From the human T2T-CHM13v2.0 reference genome, Homo sapiens, in NCBI RefSeq assembly GCF_009914755.1, contig NC_060927.1: 64,000 nucleotides of DNA. One strand, written 5' to 3'. Numbering within the stretch: the stretch's first letter is position 1; every line of letters starts with the position of its first letter. The position numbers were made by a program, and so were the translations under genes. Below are positions 37,900 to 53,302 of the stretch, in pieces. The notes under the pieces were generated by a model. It saw only the letters and a program-made list of their open reading frames with translations, did no database searches and was not told the DNA's origin.

Positions 37900-38980
37900 A
37901 CTTTTAGGCACATACACATGGCCTCTTTTATGTGTCAACTTTTTGACTGATGAAAAACTTAACTCTATTGAGTCCAGAGCAATTCCCTTTGAGTAAAACC
38001 TCACAAAAAGTTTGGAAAAAAAAATTGCTCCTTGACAAATATTTTTCAGGGACAATAGCTACTTTTCTGGTTGTGAAAGGCAAGCTGAAACCACACTTAC
38101 ATGACAAAACAGTGGGCCACCAGAGCAACATTTTATACTCAGAAAGAAATGCAAATCTAAACAGAGAACTTACTTTTTAAAAATAAAGGCAAGAGGGTTT
38201 TTTTGTTTTGCTTTGCTTTTATTTTGCGGTATGTTTTTGTTTTTGTTTTTAATATAAAAAGCCCCTTTCCACAGTAAAAGCTTTTTTTTTCACCCCCAAG
38301 AGGTTTAGAACTGTATACAGATAGTTACATACACGGGCATCTCAAATGAGAGGGCAGCATACATACATGTAATTGGTTGCTTTTTTCTTTCCCTCGGCAG
38401 TCTGTAAAAAATGTGAAAATGCTCCTGCTTCTGCCTAGCCATTAAAAGGCAGTGGCTGCACCATACTGTGATTTGGGAGCTGAAGAAAATGGCCAGAACT
38501 GACTGATATCTGATAAACAGTAACAGGAGTCAGTTTATTGCACCAATCGTTAAATAATGGTGCTGATTATAAGGCTGCTAACTGCAGATGCTGTAATTGT
38601 CTGTCATAAATCTTAGTCATTTGTGACAGGAGCACAATGAAAGGGAGCATCTGCTTGAGGGCAAATGACTTCTGATAAATATCAGCTCTACGAAAATGTA
38701 CTTGGATGTGTCTCAATATTTTGGAGAGCCATTCATGTTGCTTCCACAAATGTGAAGTTATTATTGGTTTGTATTGATTTTGCCACCTTTTTTTTTTTAA
38801 AGAGACAGAGAGTGACTCAAGGTTGAGTTGAATAGCATCTCAGCTATTTATCTGATCTACTCATTTCTCTCAAATGCATGTTTGAGTGAAAAAAAATAAT
38901 TGCACTTTTTTCAGTAGATTGCTGTTCAGAAACACAGCCTGGGAAATTCAATATGCAGCATATAAAAAAATAACAAAAGC
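37900..38980. promoter_or_regulatory. Candidate developmental enhancer (repeat-free, motif-dense)
   Basis: Octamer ATGCAAAT at 38149-38156, TAATTG x3, GTCATAAA, TGACAG, CACAATG (SOX), CAGATG/CATCTG, TGATAA x2; inference only. Confidence 0.4.
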
Positions 38981-41214
38981 CAACATTTGTTGAAGGGGGA
39001 GGGAACACATTTGGATTTTTACAAAGGTTATTTTTCAGAAAAGATTTTAAGTCTTAAAATGCCAATCTCTAATGAATTTTAATTGCATGAAAATGAATTT
39101 TATGTTCTATTATGCCTATAGAAAAATAGCTAACATTATCATATTCATTATAAAAATTGCTCAAATAATAGAAACTATACAACAAGGACTTTTGTAAGTT
39201 AAAAAAACTTGGAAAAAGTTTGTATTACATAAAACCAATACCCACATTTTAAAAACAGCTGCTTTTTCCTAAAACATTTATTTCATTTAGTTGCTGCATC
39301 CAGGACAGCTTAGAAATATAAAGCAAATAAAATGAGGAAATTCAATATTGTGTTGGGCTCAAACTTAAAAATATGATTTGAGGATAAGAGTTATTATTAG
39401 TAAATGCAGGTTACATCTGTTTATAGCTGTTTGCATTTACCAGAGATGTGGGGCTCTTCACAAATCTTTCCATGTGAAGAATGTAAATGTTTTTTAGTTT
39501 GTTCCATGCAATTCCTGAATTTGAGAGTCCAGCTGAGTGGTCCAGGAGTGGCTTAGGTTTTGGGTCTGAGGAGAAGTGACGACATACCACAAAAGGAGAG
39601 ATGGTACTCAGAGAGGGAATCAAAGTACAACTTTCATGTAAGCTGCCTGGAGTCTTTTCTTCTGAACTGCTCTGCTTCTATTTATAACTCAGTGCCTCAG
39701 GCTGAAATACCCGGATAAAGTTGTCCATACATCCACAGAACAAAGACTCCAGAGACTGTCACAGTGACACTATTAACTGTTTTACCATCTTATTCACAAG
39801 GGGATTTAGATATATTTTTTCTGAAAGGTCGACTCAGATTTTTCCTTGTGTCCTTGGCCATAAAAGGACTTGAGCTTATTGGACTTCCTAATGACTCTAA
39901 TAATTATAGATACCCAGAGCTTCATGGTAACAGCACCCAGGGTGTGGGACAACTTTAGTTAAAGATTCCTTTAAAACAACATCCCTCTGGTATTATTGTA
40001 CTAAATTTCCTGGGAGAATATCTGAAACAGAGTGCTCTATACTGACCCTAAGTTTTAGAAAGGCAAATTTTGGCAAGAAAGGTAGTTTTGATTGATATAA
40101 TTAAGAAATAGAAAAACAAGTCCTAAATCTTAACTGTGTATAAAGATATGGAAGAAGGGAGATATACAGAAAAACAGTGTATTTGGGAGTCAGGCCAAAC
40201 TGGATTTGATTCCTAGCTCTACGAAACAAGTTCTTAACCTCATCTTTCATTTTTACAAATTCACTATTTCTGTTAATACTAGGGTTGTCAGTAAGAAGTC
40301 CTATCTATAAATCATTTGATACAATGCTTGACACAAAGGAGACATGCAATAGTTATAGCTATTGTTGGTTATGTAATTAATATTGTGTATTTATTGACTC
40401 ATATTACATATTAATAACAATAACAAAATTTGCATGCTTGTCTGAGTTTGCATTTGCATATGATTTTAATTCCCCTGATTATAATATTGTGATTTATCTT
40501 CTTCTGGAAAGAAACTGCTGGGAAACTTAGATAAATTGCGAGTTTCTATTTCTATGGGTATATTTCCATGAGTAGGTAGAAATAAAGCAAATACGTGTTA
40601 AATACCTAAGTCCTGTCTTCTGGAGGTTGGAACTGATAAAAGGGGTGCAAGGGAAGAACACTCTAACATTCATCCCTGCTTTCACAGAGCTTATTGTATT
40701 GTTAGGTAGAAAGAATTGGCAGTTGATAATGTATTAATTTTCTCATGTGTGTTAATGAGTGAGTGTAGGGCAACAGAAGGTCAGAAGGCCAGAGTCATCA
40801 GTGAAGGGACCTGAGCTAAGCTAGGCTTTATAGCCAAATGTGATTTGGGTAAGTCCAGTCACCTGATTTCAGTGGGGCCAACAGCATGAGCAGAGGCATG
40901 AGTATGACACATGACATATGGAAAACATAACATATTCGAAAGTTAACTGAAATAAAGCATAGAGTATATGTTGGGGCATAATGGGAAATAAATGAAGTTG
41001 AATTGGTGGTGGTAGGTGAGGTCCTAGTAGTAGTGTTATTATTTTTGTTATCATTAATAGCTAGCACTATTAACTCAACTATGTGACAGATATTAAACTA
41101 AGTTCTTTCATGCATAACTTCAATTAAGCCCAACAGCAAGCCCAAAAGATAGTAATATTATTATTCCCATTATTTGGGTAAAACAGTTAAAGCTTAGTAA
41201 ATTTAAGCAAGAGT

Positions 41215-41778
41215 CAGTATTGTGTGATGGTCAAGAGTATAAACACTGTGACCAGACTGCCTGGGTTTGAATCTTGGCTTACTAATTACTACCTGTGTGA
41301 AGTTGGGCAATTGCTCATCTTTTTTTGCTCATCCTGTGTATCTGTTTCTTCACCAGTAAAATAGGGATAATAATGATACCTAGCTCATAGGGTTATTGTG
41401 TGGATCCAATTAGTTAAGTTTATGTGTGTGTGTGTGTGTGCACGTGTGTGTAGGTATATATGTATGTACATATATACATACATATATACACACACATAAA
41501 TTTAACTAATTATGCGTATGTATATATGCATGTAGGTATATATTATGTACACACAAACTTAACTGTGTATGTATATATACATATATGCACATATACATAT
41601 ATACACACATACAAACACACACACATAAACTTAACTATTTGGATCCACACAATAACCCTATTTTATATGTGTATATTTATACATATATACATATGTATGT
41701 ATGTGTGTGTGTATATATCTTCTTTAGAATACTGCTAACTATATAGTCAAGTGTGATATAAGTGTTTGCTCTTATTAA
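41215..41778 (+). mobile_element. MIR SINE interrupted by a TG/TA/CA-rich foldback insertion
   Basis: MIR 5' part 'tggtcaagagt...ccagactgcctgggtttgaatc...tagctcatagggttattgtg' and 3' part 'ttagaatactgc...tgtttgctcttatta' flank the insertion. Confidence 0.85.
41387..41661. repeat. Long inverted repeat (foldback) with nested inner copies and a TG/TA/CA microsatellite
   Basis: atagggttattgtgtggatccaattagttaagtttatgtgtgtgtg (from 41387) is the reverse complement, with 1 mismatch, of cacacacacataaacttaactatttggatccacacaataaccctat (to 41661). Confidence 0.95.
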
Positions 41779-41989
41779 GTAGGTAACACATAGATAGCAA
41801 TTTTGTAAAAGACACAGAAAATCTTTCTATGACTTTTTTATGTTGACTGTCCATTTAAGCTGAGAGAATAACATACATAAATAATTTATATTCACTTTCA
41901 AAAAAGTAGAATATACAGATAAAAATTTAAAATGTTTTATTTCTCATATATAATCATTATATTGCTATATGATTTTTCAGAATATGTAT

Positions 41990-42600
41990 TTATAAACATA
42001 TATATATGTCTTATAACCTCATTTTCCACTTTAAAATATCTAGAAACATTATGTCAATAAATACAGCTACCTTATAATTGTAAAGGTCACATAATAATCT
42101 GATATGTGGATGTAGCATACAAAATTAAACCAATTGCCTACCTTTATAGATGGTGTTCAATTTCTTTTTGCTATTTTAAACATTCTGCAATGAATAATCC
42201 CATAGATTATTGGAATATCTCATAGATTTATGGAATTATTTACTTAGGATAACTCCTAGAAGTGTAAATTCTGAGACAAAGTTATGCCCATTTTTCAGAG
42301 ATATTATATATTTACATATTGCCAAATTACCCTTCAGAAATTTTTAACATTTTGCAGTTCTGTCAGCAATGTATGAGAACTGTCATCTCCCATCCCTCAC
42401 TCAGATCACACAGTGGTTATTGCTCTTTTAAAAACTATTTTCAAATCTAATACGTGAAATGCCTTATCATCATTTGAAATCACTTAATATTACTATTACT
42501 TCAAATATGCTTATTGAAAATTTATATTTTTATAAATTTTCTGTTATTTTTCTCCTATTTTTAAAAGTTTGAGGTGTTTTATTTGAAGTAAATTTCCATA
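41990..42600 (-). mobile_element. Ancient L1M (L1ME-like) fragment
   Basis: 'tttgctattttaaacattctgcaatgaataatcc...cctagaagtgtaaattctgagacaaag...tgccaaattaccc...cagcaatgtatgaga'. Confidence 0.7.
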
Positions 42601-42745
42601 ATTATGATAGTAAAATTTTGTCTCACACATTTTGAAAATATATGTGTGAGTATACTTTGCTAAAAGTTTGAAAAGGGGAGGAGTAAATGAGTTTGGAACC
42701 ATGTGGAAGTTAATAAGGATACTTTTTCTAACATTCAAATCTTAG

Positions 42746-43137
42746 TGTTTTAGTTCATTTTGTGTTGCCACAATAGAATACCTAAGACTGAGTAATTTTG
42801 AAAGAACAGAGATTTATTTCTCACAGTTCTGGAGGCTGGGAAGTCCAAGACTGAGGGGCTGCATCTGGTAATGGCCTTCCTACTGCAGTAATCCCATGAA
42901 AACAGTGGAAGGGTAAGACAGCATGTGAGAGAGGGCAAAGGAGACCAAACTCATCCTTCTACCAGGACCCCACTCTGTTGATAACTTACCCACTCCCTAG
43001 ATAACAGCATTAATCCATTCATAAGGTCAGAGCCCTTTTGACCTAGTCACCTCTTAAAGGTCCCACCTCTCAATACTGTTGCATTGGGGATGAAGTTTCC
43101 AACACATAAACTTTGGGGGCACATTCAAATCATAGCA
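42746..43137 (-). mobile_element. MaLR solo LTR (MST family)
   Basis: 'tgttttagttcattttgtgttgc...tttatttctcacagttctggaggctgggaagtccaag...gggggcacattcaaatcatagca'. Confidence 0.9.
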
Positions 43138-43289
43138 CTGAGAATGTTCTATATTTAAAAAAAAAAAAAAAAAAAACCTTTGGTAGCTTCCCTTTGCAAT
43201 AGAATAAAGTCGAGGTTTTAAAACTTGGCATATGAAGTCCACCAGGACCTGGTATCAGTTGGCCTTTATAGCCTCTTCCATAAACACTT

Positions 43290-43473
43290 TCTCATTGTGA
43301 GGGCCAATTGTGTGCATCTCTTCCCAAGTCCACATTCTGTGAAGTCATGTTGGTGGATTGAGATCAGACATAGCAGGAATATTTATACCATGGAAATTGG
43401 CAAACACTATGAATTAGGACTTTTTCTTTTTCCCTGGAGACTCAATTGTTAAATATTTAGCAGCATTTTACTG
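43290..43473. mobile_element. MER63-like hAT element
   Basis: 'taccatggaaattggcaaacactatgaattagg...ggagactcaattgttaaatatttagcagcattttactg'. Confidence 0.7.
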
Positions 43474-44159
43474 CATGTACTCTAAACTCCAGGCATCCTA
43501 AATTTCTTAACATTCCTCATCTAGGGCAGTAATAAAACATGTATGCACCCCAGTCAGGGTAATATATCAGTTGCCCATCAACACTCATTAGCAATGTCTA
43601 GGAGAAGCGGGAAAGCGGGTCCTCTAGTGGCAGTGCTCAGCCTCTCTTGCTCTGACTAACCCAGGGCTGGCCCAAAGTTGCCCATTCGATGCAGTCACAC
43701 AAAGCCCCGTTTTGGAAATATGTCACATTGAAAACATCATCCAGTGTGCACAATGACTGGAAGAAAATGACCACTGATGAGAGGACTAGTCAGGATGTTG
43801 AAATTTTGTAGAGTGCATCACCTAGTCTTGAGGGGCTGGTGAGCCCCTGCAGATGGGTGGTAGTAATGAGGATAGAAAGAAAAAGCAGACATGAGCCATT
43901 TTAGGCAAGGAACAGTGGAACTTGGTGAAAGATGGACTAGGAAAAGAAAGAGTAGGCAAAATTAAAGCTCAAGATGTCTTTAAGCTTCTAATTTAGAAGA
44001 TGTTTAGAATAGATATTGGAGTCATCTGTGTAAAGCCATGGACTCACCAGGAAGAGAACCAAAAAGGTAAAAAAAAAAAAAAATACAAGAAAGACAGAGA
44101 GAGGCAGAGAGAGAGAGAGAGAGAAAAAAAATCTGAAAGTTGAGTGCTAGGAAAATCTA

Positions 44160-44449
<290 letters not shown>

Positions 44450-44961
44450 AAAATGGCAGTGTCTCAAAAGCTGGGGAAAGAGTTTTAAAGAGCAAAGAAT
44501 GCTTCAAAACATTTGAAGATTAGTCAATATACTTTAAAGGGAAGAAAATTGAAAGTGTAAAAAGGCCAAGAAAATTATCATTGACTTTGGCAAGAAGGTG
44601 TTCACTAGTCATAGTAAAGCTGGTATCTTCAGAGCAGTAGAAGGTGAAAAGTCACTGCCCCACAACTCAGTGGATTGTGTTCAAATTCCTGTGCTACTTA
44701 CTGGCTGTAGTTCACTTTACACAAATGTCTTCATCACTCCCAAAGTCAGGCTTCTTCTTTTATTAATCAGAGATAGTTTTTGTTCTGCTATTTCATAAGG
44801 TTATTGTGAGGGTCAAAAGAATGGTATCTATGGAAGTATTTTGCAAATTAAGTTTTTAATGTGACACATTTCCATTATTACAGTCATAATCAGCGCTAGA
44901 TGGAAACAACAGGAAGAATGGTTAATAAAAAGGTAAAGGATGAGAAGAAAAAATGGGGTGA

Positions 44962-45350
<389 letters not shown>

Positions 45351-46595
45351 TGAAGGCGGGGATACTCTGGGCATGGCTGAAGATAGAAAGGAAGACTTTC
45401 ATTGTGGAGGAGGGGTGACTACAGGTGTAGAGTCCAGGTAAATGAAGAGCATGATCATTCAACTGAAGGACAGAAGCCTCTTCCTCTGGGACTGGTGGGA
45501 AGATTGAGACCCACATATAGAGACAGGCACTTGTCAAAAGGAAAATGGGATGAAGTTGCTCTTGTGCAACACTCCAAACATGTGCTTGAAGGATAAGGAA
45601 AGGCTGTGGAAGGACGGTTAGGGAGAGAGCTATGGGATCTTGAATAAGAGTTAGAAGACAGAAGTATGGTTTCGATTACTGCTGTGGTATTATCTTCTTA
45701 TGTCGTAAACTACAGTATTCAGTCCCTTTAGAGGAGTTGCCAAATCTAACATTCACGATCTCCACCCTATATAGTCACTGTACATTGGCTCAGTCCAGGT
45801 TGCATAACATGACCTAACAAGAAAAGGAGTTATGCTTCCGCACAGCTGGATTGGATAACAAACACGGTCACCTCATTATCTGAACTGAAGGTTGGAGTAC
45901 CTAGTTGGAGATGGGATTCGTATATATTTTCCAGTTTTGAGAAGCCGTGTGGGAGGTAAAGTCTGTACACTAAAATGTTGGATTCTCCAGGATCGTTCTG
46001 TGGTTTATAAGTTGAAAGGGAGGGTCCGTTTGAAAATCAGGAGTTTCTTAGAAATATGGATCATATGGTCCATAAACATCTTTGGTAACTTCCCCCTCAG
46101 ATATCATGGGACTTATATTAGGATGTGAAAGTGCAAGATGGAGATGAGATGGTCATGAGAAGATGCCTCTATTCTAGTGTGGTCATAATTGGCCGGAACT
46201 GAGTGGTGGCTACCTTAGAAATGACTTGCCCTGTACAGGTTGCCACAGTTGCTACCACTCCCACTGATCTGTCAGATACTGAGGCTGAGGATCTGTTTTC
46301 ATTCAGAATTACACAGGATCCCTTGCTTTTCTTATAATAAAAAGAAAGTTCTCTGGTTCTTGACTCTATCAAAAGTGGAAAAAGGAAAGAATGAGAGGTT
46401 TACATGTTTTAACTCTTATACACCTGACTCCAGTAGGCATCTGAGTTTAGGAATCATGTTATAACTCAACAGTTATCAAACTCAGTGTTATGTATGACAT
46501 GGGGTATGTTGAGATCAGTCCTGAGGTATGGTTAGTAAGTGTAGATAAAGTAGGTATTGTGAATATTGAACTTTTGACATACTAAAAATTGTTCA

Positions 46596-46886
46596 GGTCA
46601 GGTGTTGTGGCTCACGCCTATAATCCTAGCACTTTGGGAGGCTGAGGCAGACTGATGGCTTGAGCCCAGGAGTTTGAGACCAGCCTGGGCAACATGACAA
46701 AACCCTGTCTCTACAAAAAGTACCAAAAATTAGCCAGGCATGGTGGCACATGCCTATAGTCCCAGCTACTCAGGAGGCTGAAGTGGGAGGATTACCTCAT
46801 CCCAGGGAGGTACAGGTTGCAGTGAACTGAGATTGTGCCACTGCACTCCAGCCTGGGTGATAGAGTGAGACCTTGACTCAAAAAAA
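46596..46886 (+). mobile_element. AluJ
   Basis: 'gcttgagcccaggagtttgagaccagcctgggcaac', 'gaagtgggaggatt'; TSD-like aaaa(t/g)tgttca on both sides. Confidence 0.94.
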
Positions 46887-46907
46887 GTGTTCAAATTTAT
46901 CTTATAA

Positions 46908-47229
<322 letters not shown>

Positions 47230-47234
47230 ATAAT

Positions 47235-48475
<1,241 letters not shown>

Positions 48476-50035
48476 CGAATGATAGCTCATGTAAATTAAG
48501 CAGGAGAGAAACATCATGTTAGAGTTAGCACCATGGGAATATCCATGAGATTATGTCACACACATAGCTTGTCATGTGCGTCTCAGAGGAAAAAACTTGA
48601 GAACTACTGTTCTGGCAGATGGCGGAACAATGAGTGTATAGTCATTTTAGGCAGCACTAAAAAATCACATGATGGAACATTTTCTGCAGAGCTGTATTTT
48701 GTTCTCAATTTAATTTTTATCAAAGTCAAACATATACATAGTTTAAAAAGTCAACTAGTGTAAGATTCATCATGAAAATCACACATCTACTGAGACCTCT
48801 TCCCCACCCTATTTCTCCTCCCCCGAGGCAACATTTAGGTTGAATGAATAATTGGTGTTTACATTACAATCACATAAATTTTGTTCATAATTAAATCTCA
48901 AGGTATGTTACTGTCATGTTTTGTTTCTTCTAAACTTCGCTTTTTTCTGGACTTAATCATTGTCTCATATTTTGTTTGTTAGGTTTTCTTCCTTAAATCA
49001 TCTATTAGAACTACATCCCTCTCAATATGATCAGGTATGCTAGATAATATCGGTTTCCATTTTATCTTGGAGACCACCCTCTTGAAGCCTTCCTTCCTTC
49101 TGCTCCAATCAAACTAGTTGCTCTCTAGGTTGCTACATAAGCATCATCCTGGGATTCCCCACTGCCATGGTTCAGTTTACTTCACTTTTCTCTTGGGTTG
49201 GATCCCATGCCTATTTATTCCCCTTTACTCTACTTGTGATGAATTATTTCCTGGGAGTTTTCTGAGAAAGGATAAGGATAAGTACTTCTGATTCCTTACA
49301 GGACTCTAAAAAGGTCTGTAGTCTACCTTCACAGTTGGCTAAGTGCAGACCTCTGTTGTAGAAGAAATAATCACTGTTTGCTGATGGCATTGCTCCATGT
49401 GCTCTATCTTTGAAAATTCTTGTTGAGAACTATGAAGCCATTTTGATTGTTGCTATTTCATATATGACCACCTTTTTTTGGTATTGTCTTCTCTATCTTC
49501 AAAGTTCTAAAATATCACAGTCATCTGTTAATCCAAGTTCTTTAGGGTTTGGAAAAATATTTTTGGCTAATTTCCTTCTCCAAAGTTTTCTTTTTCTGGA
49601 ACTCTTAGAATAAGAAAACTCAAAGTTTTCTTATTTCTGGTCAGCTTTTAAGGTTCTTAGATTAGTTTTCTACGTTTCTTATCTTTTCTCTCCTGTTTTT
49701 CCATTACTTTGTCTTTTGTTTTACATTTGAGAAGATTTTTGTCAACTCTGTCCTCTAAATATACTACTGAATTTCTTTAAGTTTTGGTGCCATATTTTCT
49801 AAGACTCAGAAGCTCTTTGTTGATCTGTTCTTGTTTAATGGATATATTAGTTTTTTATGTATAATTAGTAACCAGAAAATATACCAATTGCATTGCCTCT
49901 GTTTTAAGAATTTGTGTGTTTATATCTGTCTGTCTGTTTTTTTCATAGAGAACTTTTAAAAATATTAGGAATCTTTGACTTTGTGTCATATTTAAAATGT
50001 GAGGGTCCAAGAAAATATAGGAAGCTCTGTGTGGA

Positions 50036-50061
50036 TGTGTGTGTGTGTGTGTGTGTGTGTG
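50036..50061. repeat. (TG)n microsatellite
   Basis: Read directly. Confidence 0.95.
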
Positions 50062-50249
50062 TTAGGGGGAGAGGATTCTCCACTGATTGGATTCATTGGC
50101 TGTTTCATTGGTTAAACCCTTAAATGTCATTATCTTTAGGTGTTAAATCTCAAGCTGACATTTCTCTAGAGAGAAATTGTTCAGTATCTTGCCTGGAAGT
50201 GAAAACCTGATTACCAGATTTTGAGGAATTTCTCATAAAGTATTTAGGC

Positions 50250-51666
50250 TGGGGATTCTCAAAATGCAGTCTTCAAACTTCAGGGGGTTCCTAAGATTCT
50301 TTCAGGGATTCTACAGTCAAAACTATTTTCATAATAGTACCAAGATCAGAAGTTATTTGCATTTTTGTGGTGGTGATATATGCATTTATGATGCAAACTC
50401 AACCACGTGTAAAATTGCTGGTGCTTAGCGTTAACCAATGTAGTAGCACCAAACTCTGCTAGTCATTATTGTATTCTTCACAAACATGCATGTAACAGTT
50501 AAAGCAAAAAAAAAAAGCCACTTTCATTAAAATATGTCTTTAGTGAACAGTAAGAGTTATTGATTATTATTTAACCTTGACCCTCAAATGCACATCTTTT
50601 TTATATTTTCTATGATGAAATGGGAAGTATGCATAAAGCACTTCTGCAGCATGCCAAAGTGCAATGATTGTCTCGAGGAAAAGCATTTGTGCTATTGCTT
50701 GAGTTACAAGTGGAACTACCTGCTTTTTTCAAAGAACCCCATTTTGGTTGAAAGAATGATTGACAAAGAATAGTCTTTCAGATGTGGCTATTAGACAGAC
50801 AGCCCTCAAAAACGAACAAAGTAACCTTATCACTTCAGGGAAAACAACTGATGGTATTTGTTGCCAATGATAGAATTTGCGTGTTCAGGAGAAAATGAGA
50901 ATCTTGGAAAACTTGTATCCTCCACCATTAGCTTGAAAGTTTCCTAAGTGGGGTTACTGGTGATAGTAACCATGTGATTTTTCAATATTATATAATAAAG
51001 TGCACCTATATTTGAAAGATATGCCTAAATCAATGAACTGCTATTTTCCAAATGATTAGTGCAGGATGTTACCAAATCATGCATGGGAAAAAATGCAAGA
51101 TAGGTTTATGCAATAAATTTTAATGTAATAGAATACAAAAAGTTCACTGATGCACTTTCAAATTTTGTATTGAAACTCTTCTTTAAGAAACTACCACTCA
51201 TCAAATTTTGGTGTAGCATTGAAGAAAAATATTTACAACTATCTGAAAATGTTATTAAAATAATGCTCTCTTTCTAACTACATAACTCTGCAAAGCTGGA
51301 TTTTCTTGGTATTCTTCCACCAAAGCAACATATTATGATAGATTGAGTGCAGAAGCAGTTATGAGAACCTATTTTCTATTAAGCCAGACATTAAAGAGAT
51401 TTGTAAAAATGTAAAAGTGCCACTATTCTCACTAATTTTTTAGTTGTGAAAAATATAGTTACATTTCAGAAAAATGTTATTTATATTAATATATAATGGA
51501 CTTGCTATTGTTTTAAATGAATTAAGATTTTTTCAGTTGTAATTTGTAATAAAGTAAATATTGATACATATAACCAATGTAAACAAAAGATCTTTCTCAA
51601 AAAATGATCCTCAAAATTCTTAAGAGTATAAAGTGGTACAGAGAGCAAAGTGTTTGAGAGCAGCTG
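50250..51666 (+). mobile_element. Charlie1a-type hAT DNA transposon (internally deleted fossil, ~1.4 kb)
   Basis: 'gtcaaaactattttcataatagtaccaag', 'gaagtatgcataaagcacttctgc', 'tcacttcagggaaaacaactga', 'gattgagtgcagaagcagttatgagaa...tattaagccagacattaaagagatttg'; terminus 'aaagtgtttgagagcagctg'. Confidence 0.9.
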
Positions 51667-53208
51667 AAAGACAATTACTTAATCCTCCCCAACCCTACGT
51701 TTTCTCAATGGCTTCACACCCCCACTTTTTACTATACCAGTGTCTCCTAATTTAGAGAGACACTTCTCTGTTCAAGTCTCTGACTGGTGGTGGGGGGCCT
51801 GAGAGTCTAATTTTTCTCTGTACAGATTTCCAAGCACTATGTCCTCCTTGCTGCATGCGTCCGTGTGCTTCCTGTTGCTTCTGCCCAGGCAGACATCTAG
51901 GTTTCACTTTCTTCTTTTTGCCAAGCCAGTTACCACTCATCACTTCGTTCCAAAATTTTAATAACATCTCTTGGTTTTCTGTCATCTCCTCTCCCATTCC
52001 TTTATCCTTGTGGGTTTATAATTTTTAAAAACCTCTTTTCTGTTATTTTAGTGGAGATTTGGGAGGGAGTGGAGGTAGAGGCATGTATTTGACTGGGAGT
52101 ACTATGTGTTGATTTTGGTATGTGTGCCAACATGTGGAAGCTATTAATTGCTACCTATTTATAATACATTATTTAATTTTAAAATATTAAATTAAAAAAC
52201 AATTCCATAAATAAATTAAAAATATTCAATAGAAAGAGGATAGTTGAAATATCTGTTAGATGTTTTCATATAGAATATTTATATTTTCCTTTATTATTTA
52301 ATTACTTAGAAACAATCAACAAAGTTTTTGGAGTTCTTTGGGGAAATGGTCCTGTTTTTAAAAATAAGCATCTATAAAATGCTGATGTTTAGCTTAGAAT
52401 TAACTGCATTGCCCACCTAACCAAGTATAGATCAAAATGACTTATGTTTACTTTGGGTTTACCTTATATATAGCTTTTAATATGAAAATAGTGATATTTG
52501 GGATTTAATACTGACCCTTGCATATTTAAATCTATTGAATAACAGATTACATTATTATTAGGTTTTATATAATGTTTCTAAAGTATGTTACAATGAATAT
52601 ACTGACCAAGAAAATTTCCAGGGAAGAGTTCAAGAATTTATGATTCTATTTCATGCCACATCATATTGATTACACTCTTTGAAGTCAAGGAAATCTTAGT
52701 TCTATGAACTACAGCAAAAAGTGAGAAATAGTTTTCAGTGTTATTCATTTCCCAAATATAAGAACACAAGGAAGATGATCATACTAGAGTCTGGAATTGT
52801 TTGATTTTGATGTTAATAGTTATGACACTGGAGACTAGTAACATGAGGCAGGTTAAGTAAATTGAGATTGCATTTTAGAAGATAAAGATCAGAATTGAGA
52901 ATGACCTTATAAAGTTGGAAATAAAGAAACAACTCACAGAATTCAGAACATCATTGAAAACCTGGAATGAACCTTGAAAATAATCTTGTCCAATACTAGC
53001 ATTTAATAGAGGAGGAAATGAAGATCCGGAAATGTGGAGTGAAGGTCAAATTGCTACTTATTAGCAAATGTGTTATTAGAACCTGGGCTTCCTGTCCTCC
53101 AGCCCAGTGTTCTCTCCCATGTATCCACTTCATCAGAGACAAAGGGGGTATCATTCCCTGAAGAAGAAGGAAAGGACATTGCCAAGTCTGCCTTCCATTC
53201 TCTTCTCT

Positions 53209-53210
53209 TT

Positions 53211-53253
<43 letters not shown>

Positions 53254-53302
53254 TTATTATACTTTAAGTTTTAGGGTATTTATTTATTTATTTATTTATT
53301 TA
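53209..53302 (-). mobile_element. Ultra-short young L1PA 3' end (~28 bp) between two (TTTA)n tracts
   Basis: ttattattatactttaagttttagggta (53251-53278) is the antisense L1PA terminus; perfect 16-bp TSD ttccattctcttctct at 53193-53208 and 53303-53318. Confidence 0.88.

Larger units (their letters stand above)
48690..52080 (-). mobile_element. Highly diverged L1M relic, split by Charlie1a
   Basis: T-rich antisense L1-like sequence on both sides of the Charlie element ('gatggcattgctccat...tgttgagaactatgaagccattttgatt'; 'tctgttattttagtggagatttgggaggg'); boundaries poorly defined. Confidence 0.5.

Noticed and set aside
41421-41720. CRISPR-like or coding interpretation of the TA/CA/TG repeats (92-aa ORF at 41460-41738)
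   Set aside because: Low-complexity microsatellite; no constant repeat with unique spacers, and the context is eukaryotic
43612-43634. CTCF-like site gggtcctctagtggcag (similar 13-mer at ~36684)
   Set aside because: The core CCTCTAGTGG matches but the GCGC flank does not; cannot be supported without ChIP, and the two-site similarity is probably chance
50588-51300. Possible domesticated Charlie transposase
   Set aside because: Only a 61-aa ORF; the element is an internally deleted, heavily mutated fossil
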